A stretch of DNA of 64,000 nt from Schmidtea polychroa (taxonomy: Eukaryota): NCBI GenBank assembly GCA_044892525.1, contig CM097885.1, positions 235,478,001 through 235,542,000 on the forward strand, in the 5' to 3' direction. Shown piece after piece: positions 9,961 through 20,269 of the stretch. The number at the start of each line of letters is the position of its first letter. The stretch's first letter is position 1. A program made the translations under genes and the position numbers. The notes beneath the pieces are model-generated. The model was not told the origin of the DNA. It ran no database searches and worked only from the letters and a program-made list of their open reading frames with translations.

Positions 9961-10037
9961 TACCACTTTTAAAAAATTTTTCTACAGGTAAACTTCGGTT
10001 CGTTATATACTACCACTTTTAAAAAATTTTTCTACAG
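9961..10037 (+). repeat. 27-bp direct repeat x2 (50-bp period) near the predicted LTR transcription start
   Basis: TACCACTTTTAAAAAATTTTTCTACAG at 9961-9987 and 10011-10037. Confidence 0.9.
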
Positions 10038-12345
10038 ACTTGACAGATTTCGGAACCTTTAATTATCCTACAGCGAACTAGTTCAGAGATTACCAAACCA
10101 AACCGAGGAAGAAATATATAGAGGCCAAACTACAAATCCATTCGGGAAAAATTTTAAATTCAACCGATTTAACTTCAGTTTTCGAAACTCAAGGTATGCC
10201 TCGACAGTTGTTTTATTTATGGTTATTAGTTTAATTTAGTTAATCATTATAAATATAATAAAACAATTTCTTATAATAAATTTATTTAAATGAAAAGTTG
10301 CCTTTCTTCATGGTACCGACGACTGTACCATCTGAGAGCTCCCAGTATGATGTGGACGAGTTGGAATTGCACTGCAGTAGAGGACACCACCGTGGAAAGG
10401 TTGGTATGCATAAGAAATCACGAACATGCTGAAAAGAGAATGTGATATTTGTAGAGAGTGATATTTGTCATATTAGAGATCCACCAAGGAGACGATGAGG
10501 TTTCGATCATGTAGGAGGAGCAACATCATACTCGGAGATCCAAATGATATGGTCGCCGGGTAAATTTTATTTATGCATTTTCTATCATTCAGTTTGATTA
10601 TTATATTGTTGATTTGATTGAATGGAAAAGAGTTGATTGGTCCCTCATGACGGTGCAAGGAGGTGGCAGCAATGAATGCCTTCTTGGGTGTGTCGTGAGG
10701 GGTGAAGAAACTCAGTAGGTGGAACATCCAGTTAATAAATGACCGTTCCTTCATCAAGCGCGATCGTCTGTAGAGCGTACCATCGGTTCATTTAGTTAAA
10801 TCGAGATTTCCAGTAGATGTAGAGATGATTTGAATTCCGAATGCAGACAATTCAGAGCGAGATAGGCAGTGACGTTCGTACAGATTCGATGATAATCCAC
10901 ATAGATAGGAGGAAAATTCTTTTCGTGATATTCAGCCGGTCAATCGACGTAGTTAGGAAAGAACGGTGTCGACCATAGATTGCAAGTAAATCCAACGATT
11001 TTTCGGTGACGCTCTGCGTTTGCAAGGTTCTGTCTGATTTGTGCCGTCATGATGTTAGCGGCTACATCCATTGTCGATGTACTCTTACGATTTGATTGTC
11101 GTCCTTGAGTCACCAATGCCAGTGATAAAGAATCTCTCGCTGACAGGGAAGTAAACATCTTGTAGTGAAATTATCAAAATTCTTACTTCGAGCCCGCAGA
11201 CAGTAGTTGTCAACGATAACGAAATCAGTTGATTTGCATTAGCCTGCGTAGAGTTAGTCGACAGGAGATATCTGATAACGTCCTGGAGAAGGAGATAACA
11301 TGTTAACTTTTCTGGGAAAATGTCAAATGAATAAGCTGATAGTCATTGATCTGAATTAATATCGTAAAAGGAAATTAGATGATATTGTTGAGCTTACCCA
11401 ATAATCTATGAAGTTGTCGCCCACTCAGATTGATTAATCTGATTTTTCGATTCATCTACGGCTGCTTATTTGAGGAATCTATTACGCAACCGCTAATATT
11501 CCGACTTGAGCATGCACATACACACGCACCACAGTCAAATATGCATAGGGCAGTGTAAAAGGAAATCAACGATTTTGGTGATGTAATAGCGGCATGATGG
11601 TATAAATTTCTCTAGAATAGCGAGATAATAGGATGAAGTAAGGGGATGGATTTCCCCTACACAACTCGATATACAATAATTTATCATAACAGCATAAACC
11701 ATCATTCGCGGAGATAGCCAACATACAGTTACAGATACCACCAGGAGTAATGACACACCTACACAGTCAATCATAATGCATAATCACAAGTAAACGTTTT
11801 CCATGACGACGATTTTCGACGCGTTATTGGAATTAATTAGATGTAGATTAGAGCTGAATTTTCAACTGATTACACGATCAATTCCATAATTTTGAACGAG
11901 ATAAAAACATAAATAATCTATTCCGTCGCCGTGAATTATTTCTCTGTAATGTTAGGCAGGCCTACCTCGACGAATTGCCATAATGATATCGGCAAAAATT
12001 CTTAATTAAAATATACTAATGGGAACAAGGTTGAAGGGGATAAAGTAAAAGACGGGTTTTACCTGGGAATGGCCCATCCGAAATTAAACTCAAAGGGCGA
12101 GGTTTGTGTAGAAAGAATTTTTGGTATACGAATCCCCGTTTCCTTTTCTTAAATTACACGAATCAGGTGAAGAGATTTGAATGTTTGCAACTGAATGACT
12201 GCGTATAGAGATGGATGAAGAAGTGTGTGGGTCATCGTTGGGTGGTATGTTTGATCAAACTCCAAAACCATGCCCAAAAATTTGATTTTTCTTCACACTG
12301 ATAGAGGTTTCTTCGAGTAAATATAAACAATGATTGATTTTCTAG

Positions 12346-13107
12346 ATGGCTACATCGTCCAACAACGCCAAAGAACTTCGCCCGTGTTTTTCTTGTGCGG
12401 ACAAGAACGCGGATATCGCCCAACTCCACTTATATATCGGGGCTCTCAAAAAGAGAATTGATCTCTATGAAGGAACGTGGTTCTCCCCGCCACAAATGAA
12501 AGAGGAACGCAAGAAAATTCTCCGATTAGAGCATTGCAGGGACAGCCTGCTAGAGGAAAGCCGTTGTCAGCGGCTCACCATCAAAGCACAGTCAGAAGCC
12601 CTCCATAAGGTATATACGGAGGCAGAATTGGCTAAGCGGGTGCGAGAATTCCCCGTTCTGGATGGGACGAATGTCTTTCCTCGTCACCACCCGTCTCCTA
12701 CATCTTCCGGCTCGCACTGCCAGGGGCACGGCTCACAACTGCCGCCCATTCCACCCCCGGTGTTGTCATGTCACCAGCCAAAGATAGGTGGACCTACTGA
12801 TCCCATCGTAGCTCCAATCTTGGTAGCACCAATCGGTACCACGAACACCGAAAAACCCCCGACTACCCGCAAACGGAAACGGCCAACTCGAGCCGAGAAG
12901 AACCAAAAACGCCGAGATGCGATGACAGCACTCGAGACGTCCTTATCGGCGGCGAAATCAAAAATCCAAGAGATAACGTCCTCCCATTCAATCCCCTCAA
13001 AGGAAGTCTTCCGCATTGTTCCAGCTGAGGGCATCAAATACATTGTAGATAGCCGATTACCGGTCGACATAGATGAGATACTGGCCGATGGGGATAACTT
13101 TGTTTAA
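12346..13107 (+). CDS. LTR-encoded ORF (253 aa): CxxC, coiled coil, Pro-rich region, Arg/Lys-rich basic motif
   Basis: Open 762-bp frame, GC-richer than its flanks. Preceded by TTTTCTAG|ATG and followed by AATAAA (~13238) plus a GT-rich tract. Confidence 0.6.
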   Translation: MATSSNNAKELRPCFSCADKNADIAQLHLYIGALKKRIDLYEGTWFSPPQMKEERKKILRLEHCRDSLLEESRCQRLTIKAQSEALHKVYTEAELAKRVREFPVLDGTNVFPRHHPSPTSSGSHCQGHGSQLPPIPPPVLSCHQPKIGGPTDPIVAPILVAPIGTTNTEKPPTTRKRKRPTRAEKNQKRRDAMTALETSLSAAKSKIQEITSSHSIPSKEVFRIVPAEGIKYIVDSRLPVDIDEILADGDNFV

Positions 13108-13648
13108 TGTGATGTAAAATTGAGCTTGATTTCCTCTTCATTGAGTTGTAAATTATCTCGTGAATGTTGCTAATGTTATATCTTTTTGACTGTTGTTGAT
13201 CTGTTAGTAGTAATGATATTTTTATCGTTTCAGTGTCAATAAAATTTTCTGTTTGATTTTAGTTTTGTCGAGCTTTCATATATTTGTTTGTGCAATTAGA
13301 GTAGATGAGATAATGCTGCGGAATGAAGATAATTAAGGTTGAAGGTTGTTCCTTTGGACCAGGATCAGACCGAGTGACACGCATGTATATGGGTAAGTCC
13401 TTCTAAGGCACCGTGGGACCCGAACTGAGAAAGGGTTAGGAGTAGTCCTAAGGCAGGGGCTCACCTGCTAACCTTTTCCGACCCGTGTGAGCAGCACCAA
13501 CATGGAACATCACCATGGGCTCATATGTGGGAATATGCAATCAATCATTTGGAGTATGTGTAGAAAATGTATAACGGAGCCATGATGCTTGATAGGTGTG
13601 ATGGAAAGGCATGTATAATTTTTTTTTTCTTCTCCACATACGCCAACA

Positions 13649-15768
13649 CGAGCAATAATCATTCTTAAATACTTTACACGACATCGGTCTTCTTAAGTTT
13701 AGTGAAGAATAGGGAAAGGCAATTGTAACTAATGCGTTGAGAATAGAAATAATAAATCTCGGTTCTAAGTATTTTCAAAACAGCGAGGGTCCTTTTTGCC
13801 TACTAACAATCGTTCTAAGAAACAAAACTTAGTTAAAACAATAGGAAATGATCTTGGTGAGCAAGTGATGCGCTCATGGTTAGTTTATTCACCTTCCAAA
13901 AAGTCTGCCTTTTGTATTTGTTGTCTTCTTTTCTACCGGTTCGATAACCAATCTAGTTTGGAGCAAAGAAAGCGGATTCAAGCAATGGAAAGCACTTGAG
14001 AGAATGAGTATTCATGAAAATTCCAAAAATCATCGACACTGCTTTACTCAGTGGAAAGAAATGGAAAGAAATTTACTTAACAACTGAGGCATTATTGATG
14101 AAGAACTTCAAGAGCAAATTCAAAGAGAAAGTCAGAGCTGATGTGATATTTTGAAAAGACTTTTACATTGCATCAAATAACTTGCGATATAAAACCTGAC
14201 TTTGCGAGGCCACAGAGAGTCACTTCATTCAGATTTTAATACAGGAAATTTACTTGGTTTGTCGAAACTAATTTCTAATTTTGACACTATCGTATAAGAA
14301 AACCTAAGATTTGTGGAGAGCCATCCTGGATCCACTTCATATCTTTCACCGAAAATACAGAACGAGTTTTTTCACATCATGGCATCTACTATTCGTGATA
14401 GTTTGCTAGAAAGAATACGTAAAGCAAAGTGTTATGGACTAATGTTTGACTCGACTCCTGATCAAGCTCATCGTGAACAAATGTCTGAGGTAATAAGATA
14501 TGTTGATATAAATTTTGAGAAAAAAACTGTTCAGATTAAAGAATCATTTCTCGATTTTATCCCAATAAGCGATAAGGACGCAGCAAGCTTGGTTCAAGAA
14601 ATATTGAAGCAGTTAGAGAAAGACAATATGAATTTAAAAGATTGTAGGTAGCAGTGCTTTGATAATGATGCTGTCATGCCTGGACACAAGACTGGTGTTC
14701 ATCAACGAATCAAGAAAAACAACAACATGGCTATATTTGTGAATTGTGATAATCATTCTCTTAATTTGGTAAGCGTCCATGTAGCCAAAGAAGAAGTAAT
14801 GATAGTTACTTTTTTCGGAACCATCGATGTACACTATGTTTTCTTCTCTCGTTCAAACCAGCGTTGAGAAAACCTCAAAGCTGTTGTACCTGTGGCTTTA
14901 AAGTCGGACTTCGATACCAGATGGAGCGCATAAACGGAATCTGTAAAACCTGTTAACAAATATCTCGAGTAAATAATGGAAGTTCTCCATAACATAATGG
15001 ACGATGAAAGTGCAACTAGTGAAACTAAAAGCGACTCTATAATCGAATATTAACATATGACTTTCTAACGTTGCTAGGGTTTTTCTTCAAGAGGTTGCAG
15101 GACCCTATTTGCAATGAATGGGACATTGAATTTGAAAGACGACACAGAAGAAAGAGAAGAATGGATGGCGAAACATCGAGAGATGCTGGTTTATCGCTAA
15201 AGAAGAAATGGAAAGAGTTATAAAAGGGGCTGTCGACCGTCTATTCAATGAATTAAAAATATGATGAAAAATGTGGATTTCTTCTTGATATGGAAGGGAT
15301 TGTGTTTTAAAGCCGAAAGAGCGTTTTTGAAAAATTTGGAGAAGCCTACAGTTGTGATATGAATGGGCAAGAATTATATGAAGAAATTTTGGATTTTAGA
15401 ACGCTGCTAACAAGCCGTACAGAAAAAATATCAAGCCCCGAACAATTACTTAATTTTATCAGTATGGAGAAAAAGTTTTTCCCAATAGGCGTATAGTAGG
15501 CGTATAGTATAGCATTGCAAATCGATGGGCCAAAGTTTTTTTTTACTCTTTTTACTTAAAACAAGAAATGACCGAAGAAATTGACTTTGATAACAAAATT
15601 TAACAATTTGCGTCAGCTAAAGCAAGAAAGATAAATTTGTAATAAAGTGTTAATAGATTTAATTTGTGTGCTTTTTTTAAAGTAGTTTTTTAGAAAATAA
15701 AACGTGAGTAACCTATTGTCAGAGATGGGTATTTTCCATAGGCGCTATTTACCCTAGTTACGCCACTG
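13649..15768 (+). pseudogene. Degenerate hAT (ZMYM1/DUF4371-like) transposon, interrupted by the giant element
   Basis: Fragments WLVYSPSKKSAFCICC, YLSPKIQNEF, GLMFDSTPDQAHREQMS, FVNCDNHSLNL and DTRWS, with many stops and frameshifts. TIR end TACGCCACTG at 15759-15768. Confidence 0.85.
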
Positions 15769-15922
15769 GTGCTACGATTCTAATATGAATTGAAAAATAT
15801 GTGTCAATGTCAACCATTTTAGCAATCACACAATTGTTTAAAACAAATAAAATTGAGTAAATAAACAAAGTTTGCATTAACAATTTAAAACTAATAATTA
15901 AATTCAAAAATCAAAATTTTTA

Positions 15923-16942
15923 TTAATATAAAATAATCTTTTCAGGTTTTGGATAGCATGAAAATAACCGATCCGCTAATAATTCCTGAGTTGTAGCTCG
16001 TTTATCCGAATTAAGGACGATCATAGTTTCAATTAAATCGGCATAGTCGTTATCACCTATATTTTCTTCTAAAATGTACCTTAACCAACTTATATCTTGA
16101 AAATATTTATATTTAGAACTATGGTAACATGTATATCTCTCTGGCCAATCATTTGGATCCGGATTTCCACACAAGTTGAATATCAAATTCAATTGGTTAG
16201 TTAGATCTTTACCGTTAAACAAATGAACCTTCGCAAATATTTCATAAAATACACATCCTAAACTCCAAATGTCTACGGAATGTGTATAGTTCGTCTCGCC
16301 AAATAATATTTCAGGCGATGCGTATTTTAATGTCCCAACTCGCTTTGATTGCGGTTGACTTTGAAATCTTTCTATTAAATCAACCATTCCAAAATCTGCA
16401 AGTTTAATTACTCCGTGTCTGTTTATCAAAATATTTTCTAATTTAATATCTCGATGCATGTAACCTTTCTTGTGTAAATGATGAAGACCTTTCAAACATT
16501 GCTCCATAATGGATTTAATATTTGCAACAGTAAGTATAACACATCTATTGTTTAATAATTTGAGTAAATCATATTCACAGTACTCAAAAATTAAAAAATA
16601 ATTAAATTCAAAGAAACCGTTTACAATGTTTTGTTTAAGGCATACTTCTTTCAAACAAATAATGTTTTCATGAGTGACTGATTTTAAAGTTTTCACTTCA
16701 TTTAAAGAAGACAAGGGAAAACTTTGTAAATTTTCAAGGGGTTTTAATTTTTTAATCGCATATACTTTTTTAGTGAACTTGTCGTATGCCTTATAAACAA
16801 CCCCATATGTTCCTTCACCTAACATTGAAATCTTTTCATATTTATCTATATTTTGAAATCCTTTAGGATGACAATCATGGAATGCATTCTTTAATAAACA
16901 TTTAGATTTGGTAATCACATTATCAAATTGATTCGAATACAT
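15923..16942 (-). CDS. Divergent intronless CDK-like Ser/Thr kinase (CDK9/10/11-like), copy 1
   Basis: GEGTYGVV, YAIK, FPLSSLNEV (PSTAIRE position), HRDIKLEN, DFG, GTLKYASPE, DIWSLG. Confidence 0.9.
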   Translation of the reverse strand: MYSNQFDNVITKSKCLLKNAFHDCHPKGFQNIDKYEKISMLGEGTYGVVYKAYDKFTKKVYAIKKLKPLENLQSFPLSSLNEVKTLKSVTHENIICLKEVCLKQNIVNGFFEFNYFLIFEYCEYDLLKLLNNRCVILTVANIKSIMEQCLKGLHHLHKKGYMHRDIKLENILINRHGVIKLADFGMVDLIERFQSQPQSKRVGTLKYASPEILFGETNYTHSVDIWSLGCVFYEIFAKVHLFNGKDLTNQLNLIFNLCGNPDPNDWPERYTCYHSSKYKYFQDISWLRYILEENIGDNDYADLIETMIVLNSDKRATTQELLADRLFSCYPKPEKIILY

Positions 16943-18212
16943 AATACTTATTATTGTCTTTAAATATATATTTATAATATTTTATCAATGTACAATTATA
17001 ATTATATTCTCTAGTTTAATTGAAAAGGATTGGTTAAAATTTTATTTAATAATATTTAAAAAGTTTTTGTAAGATAAACAGATTTTTAAATTAATAAATA
17101 TTAATTTTATGTTAAAATTTATTAATCAAAACAAGATTTTACTAAAAATTACCTTTTTGGAAGATTGTTTTCTCTTCAAATTTTCATTCCAATAATAGCT
17201 AGTTTGTTAGTAAGATAGTGAGGTCGCCGTAAGTCACGAGGAATTTCTGTGGATTTAGGGACGTCATTCGAAAAGCTTTCGGTGTAAACGCAATACGTAC
17301 ACGCAAAACGGCGTTAGCGTAGAAAAACATGTGGATCAAACTACCCATGAGTAGAATAGGCCAAAATACACATGACAGACATTGAATACCAACTGCACTG
17401 TTATGTTAGTCAAATTGATATGAGAGTCAACAGATAATAGCATGTGAAAGGCCCGATGACAGCGATAAGTTGAATAGTTGAGTTATGCATAAATGACACA
17501 ACAACTGAGTACCACAGGAATGATAGCGAGTGAGCAGCAGGTCTACGACCAGATGACACAATACCAAAAATCCGCCAGTTAGGTAAATCCTGCTCTCGTC
17601 GATTAGTGACAGATTAGGTAATCCCCCTGACATGTAGATCCATTAGTGAAAGGCCATAATGACAAGGCATGTTTGAAACAGATTAAAGTCAAGTAAAAAC
17701 TAATCGGATGAAAACATGCGTACCTACAATGTTTTATCACAATTCCGATAAATTAAAAACACGATAACTAATTAATTGTCACAATGAAACATTAAATTTA
17801 GAATGGTGATACTCACCCGTATTTTGATAATTCTTCGAAATTCAATGATACAGGAATTTATCTGTAGGTTTAATTTAAACTAATGATGTTTTCTTTTCGA
17901 ATTTTATTCATTCGGATGATTAAACTTTAAACTAGCAATAATAGAATCGGCTTAATATTTCTCTTTCTTCAACTAATAATATTTAGCACTGTCCATAATT
18001 TTTAACAATCAGCTTTAAATCAAAAATAATCTAATCTGTGTGCTTTCGTAATTAATTTTGGAATTGACAATATTAAAATCTATCATGATGTTAGCAAGTG
18101 ATCCAAACTCAACCACATCTATACCCGTTCCCATTTAAATATATCAGTAATGGAGTAAAGTAGATCGTCTGGGCGGATTTTCCCCTCGATAATTTCCATT
18201 TATTTTTAAAGG

Positions 18213-19580
18213 AGTTAAATCCATCTTTAGATCCATCTTTAAATTTGCAGCAAAAATCTTGAAACTAACAATTTATATTTTATCAAATAATTTATAAATA
18301 ACAAGTTTTAATTAATTCACAAAAACCGCAAATTCCTAATTATTCAAACAACAAGATATCTAACTCTCCCCTTCTTAAGACTTTTTCCACTTCTTCAGCC
18401 ACTCGATTCTTCTTTCTTTCGTTCCTTCTTGTGAATGTAGTTCGACTCGATGAGGTGATAGAAATCTGGCGATTTTATATGGGCCATCGTATTGCATACC
18501 ATCCTTGTGCCTGTTCTGCGGCTCTTTACGTACGAGTACCTCCTCCCCCACCTCGAAAACACGAGTGCCCCTCTTTGTCTTATCCATAGCTCTCATAGTG
18601 TCTGCGGCTTTACTCGAGTTAAATCTCGCGTCTTCGATTCTTTCGCTTCTTGATATCTCGGCTTGTTTCAGGTTAGAGTGTAGGTTAACACTCCGTCCAT
18701 AAATTATCTCAAATGGTGATAAACCTGTAGCACTTTGTCGACTGCTATTTATAGTGAACTCTATTCTGGGTAGAAGTTCGTGCCAGTTTCTCTCTTCACA
18801 CCCGCCTACCAATGTTGCTGTAATAAGATCTCTTATCGTTCGTATAGCTCTTTCGGCTAAACCATTTGATTGGTGCTGATAAGGTGAGCTGAATTCCTGT
18901 TTAATTCCAAGTTTCTGTAGCTTCTGTCTTAGGAAATTCTCTTCGAAATTTCGGCCTCTATCTGTTAAAATACTCTTCGGTTTTCCAAATCGATAGATCC
19001 AACTATTAAGTATTGTTTTGAAAATGGTCCCTTCGTCTTGCTTTGTGATTGCAGTTAAAGAAATCAGTTTGCTAAAACGGTCCACCATTACTACCATATA
19101 TTTTTTTTTGGCGTTTATTTCCATATAAGCCACATCTATAACAATCTGTTCTAGGAATTCAGAGCTATATCTAGGAATAAATGTTTCCTTGGTTCTTGTC
19201 TGATCGATCTTTCTCTTAGCGCAGATCTCGCAACATTGTAAACAGAGTTGGATTGATTCTTGCATTTTCGGTCAATAAAATATCTTTTCCATATAACGAA
19301 ATAATTTCTTAACTCCAATGTGACATAGTTCTTCATGTAGCGTTGTTGTTAACAGGCCTGCAAATGTTTCTGGGACTAACATTAAGATATTTTTGTTCTT
19401 TTCTACTGTTATTAATCCTCCATCAATTTGTGCATTTTTTACGTTAAAAGGAAAACAATTCTTTTTCTCCCGTGTACATCCATTTTCCAATATCTCTCGC
19501 AGCTCTCGAAACCGAATGTCCTTTTGTTGTTGTTCCCATACCTTTTCCATAGCTTCTGTTCTTTGGATAGTATATATATA
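18213..19580 (-). mobile_element. 5'-truncated Gypsy fragment (integrase + PPT + 3' LTR), same family as 25565-30257
   Basis: Integrase near-identical to the C-terminus of ORF 28423-30108, with a TGA at 19272-19274. LTR at 18213-18365 and PPT adjacent. Homology ends in a (TA)n tract at ~19571-19585. Confidence 0.9.
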
Positions 19581-20160
19581 TATATAAATTTGCGTTCAAG
19601 ACACTTATTCGAAGGTTAATCCTGAGAATATTATAAAACCAGAATCAGACAGAAACGATTCACATTTCGACCAAACTTACTAAGACATAGCACGCACTAC
19701 ATAGCATAAAACACAACATATATAATTTTGCAAGCAGTTCGAAAGAAGTAATTAAAGAAATCATCAAGTGTTAATAATTGTTCGAGTTAATTGTGCAAAT
19801 TTTTCTAGAACTGAAATTGTTTATTTTCGGTAAATTTTATTTATAATAAATATTTATATACAGACTTGTTTTGATTTAAACCTATGTAAGAACCAGACAA
19901 GTTGAGTGTTTTCGAATATCGAGACCTCAACATAATTCACCCCACCTGGAAAGTCATGTTGGGTTTTTAGTTAATTTAAGTCGGTTATCTCTGACTCCTC
20001 GTGTCCTTTAAATCAAAACAATAACTACCCAACGTATATTGAAATAACAAAATTCACAATCTCTCCTCGGCACATATATTGACCCTATATCTCCTGGGCC
20101 CTGTTTTATAATATTTGTTGAGGTAAAATGTGGTGATGGGCCCACTCTCATCATCCAACA
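19581..20160 (+). repeat. Probable partial LTR (TATA to CCAACA end) of another family
   Basis: Starts at TATATAAA, contains AATAAA and ends CATCCAACA, like other TGTTGG..CCAACA LTRs here. Confidence 0.4.
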
Positions 20161-20269
20161 ATTATAAAATTTATTAATTTTATTTTAACCAGTTGAATAG
20201 GTATTAAGATAGTTTAATTTAGCCTTTTTAGGTAAGGATTAATGAATATATGATTCTGAGGGAACGTTC

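Larger units (their letters stand above)
1..13648 (+). mobile_element. Giant Ty3/Gypsy-type LTR retrotransposon (Burro/Ogre-like), 3' portion; 5' part lies outside the window
   Basis: Gypsy integrase (HHCC, DDE, GPY) at window start. Six co-oriented, very A-rich intronless ORFs. Hairpin plus purine-rich tract at 9375-9410, then an LTR bounded by TGTTGG (9413) and CCAACA (13643-13648). Homology to the uninterrupted inverted-repeat arm resumes exactly at this point. Confidence 0.85.
9413..13648 (+). repeat. 3' LTR of the giant element (~4.24 kb)
   Basis: Inverted termini TGTTGG/CCAACA. A-rich U3-like region, CCAAT/TATA at 9916-9938. Right end coincides with the break in homology to arm 2 of the inverted repeat. 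The 5' LTR is not in the window to confirm. Confidence 0.7.
13648..17921. repeat. Left arm of 4.27 kb inverted duplication
   Basis: All ORF pairs mirror with coordinate sum 38191 (e.g. 15923/22268, 13796/24395, 17427/20764) and translate identically. Confidence 0.95.

Noticed and set aside
10473..11774. Antisense gene within the large LTR
   Set aside because: Only short, stop-separated frames with no recognisable motif. Cannot be supported without other LTR copies.
13497..13505. Alternative LTR end CCAACA followed by TGG (PBS-like)
   Set aside because: No internal domain follows, and the homology break with the other arm places the end at 13648.
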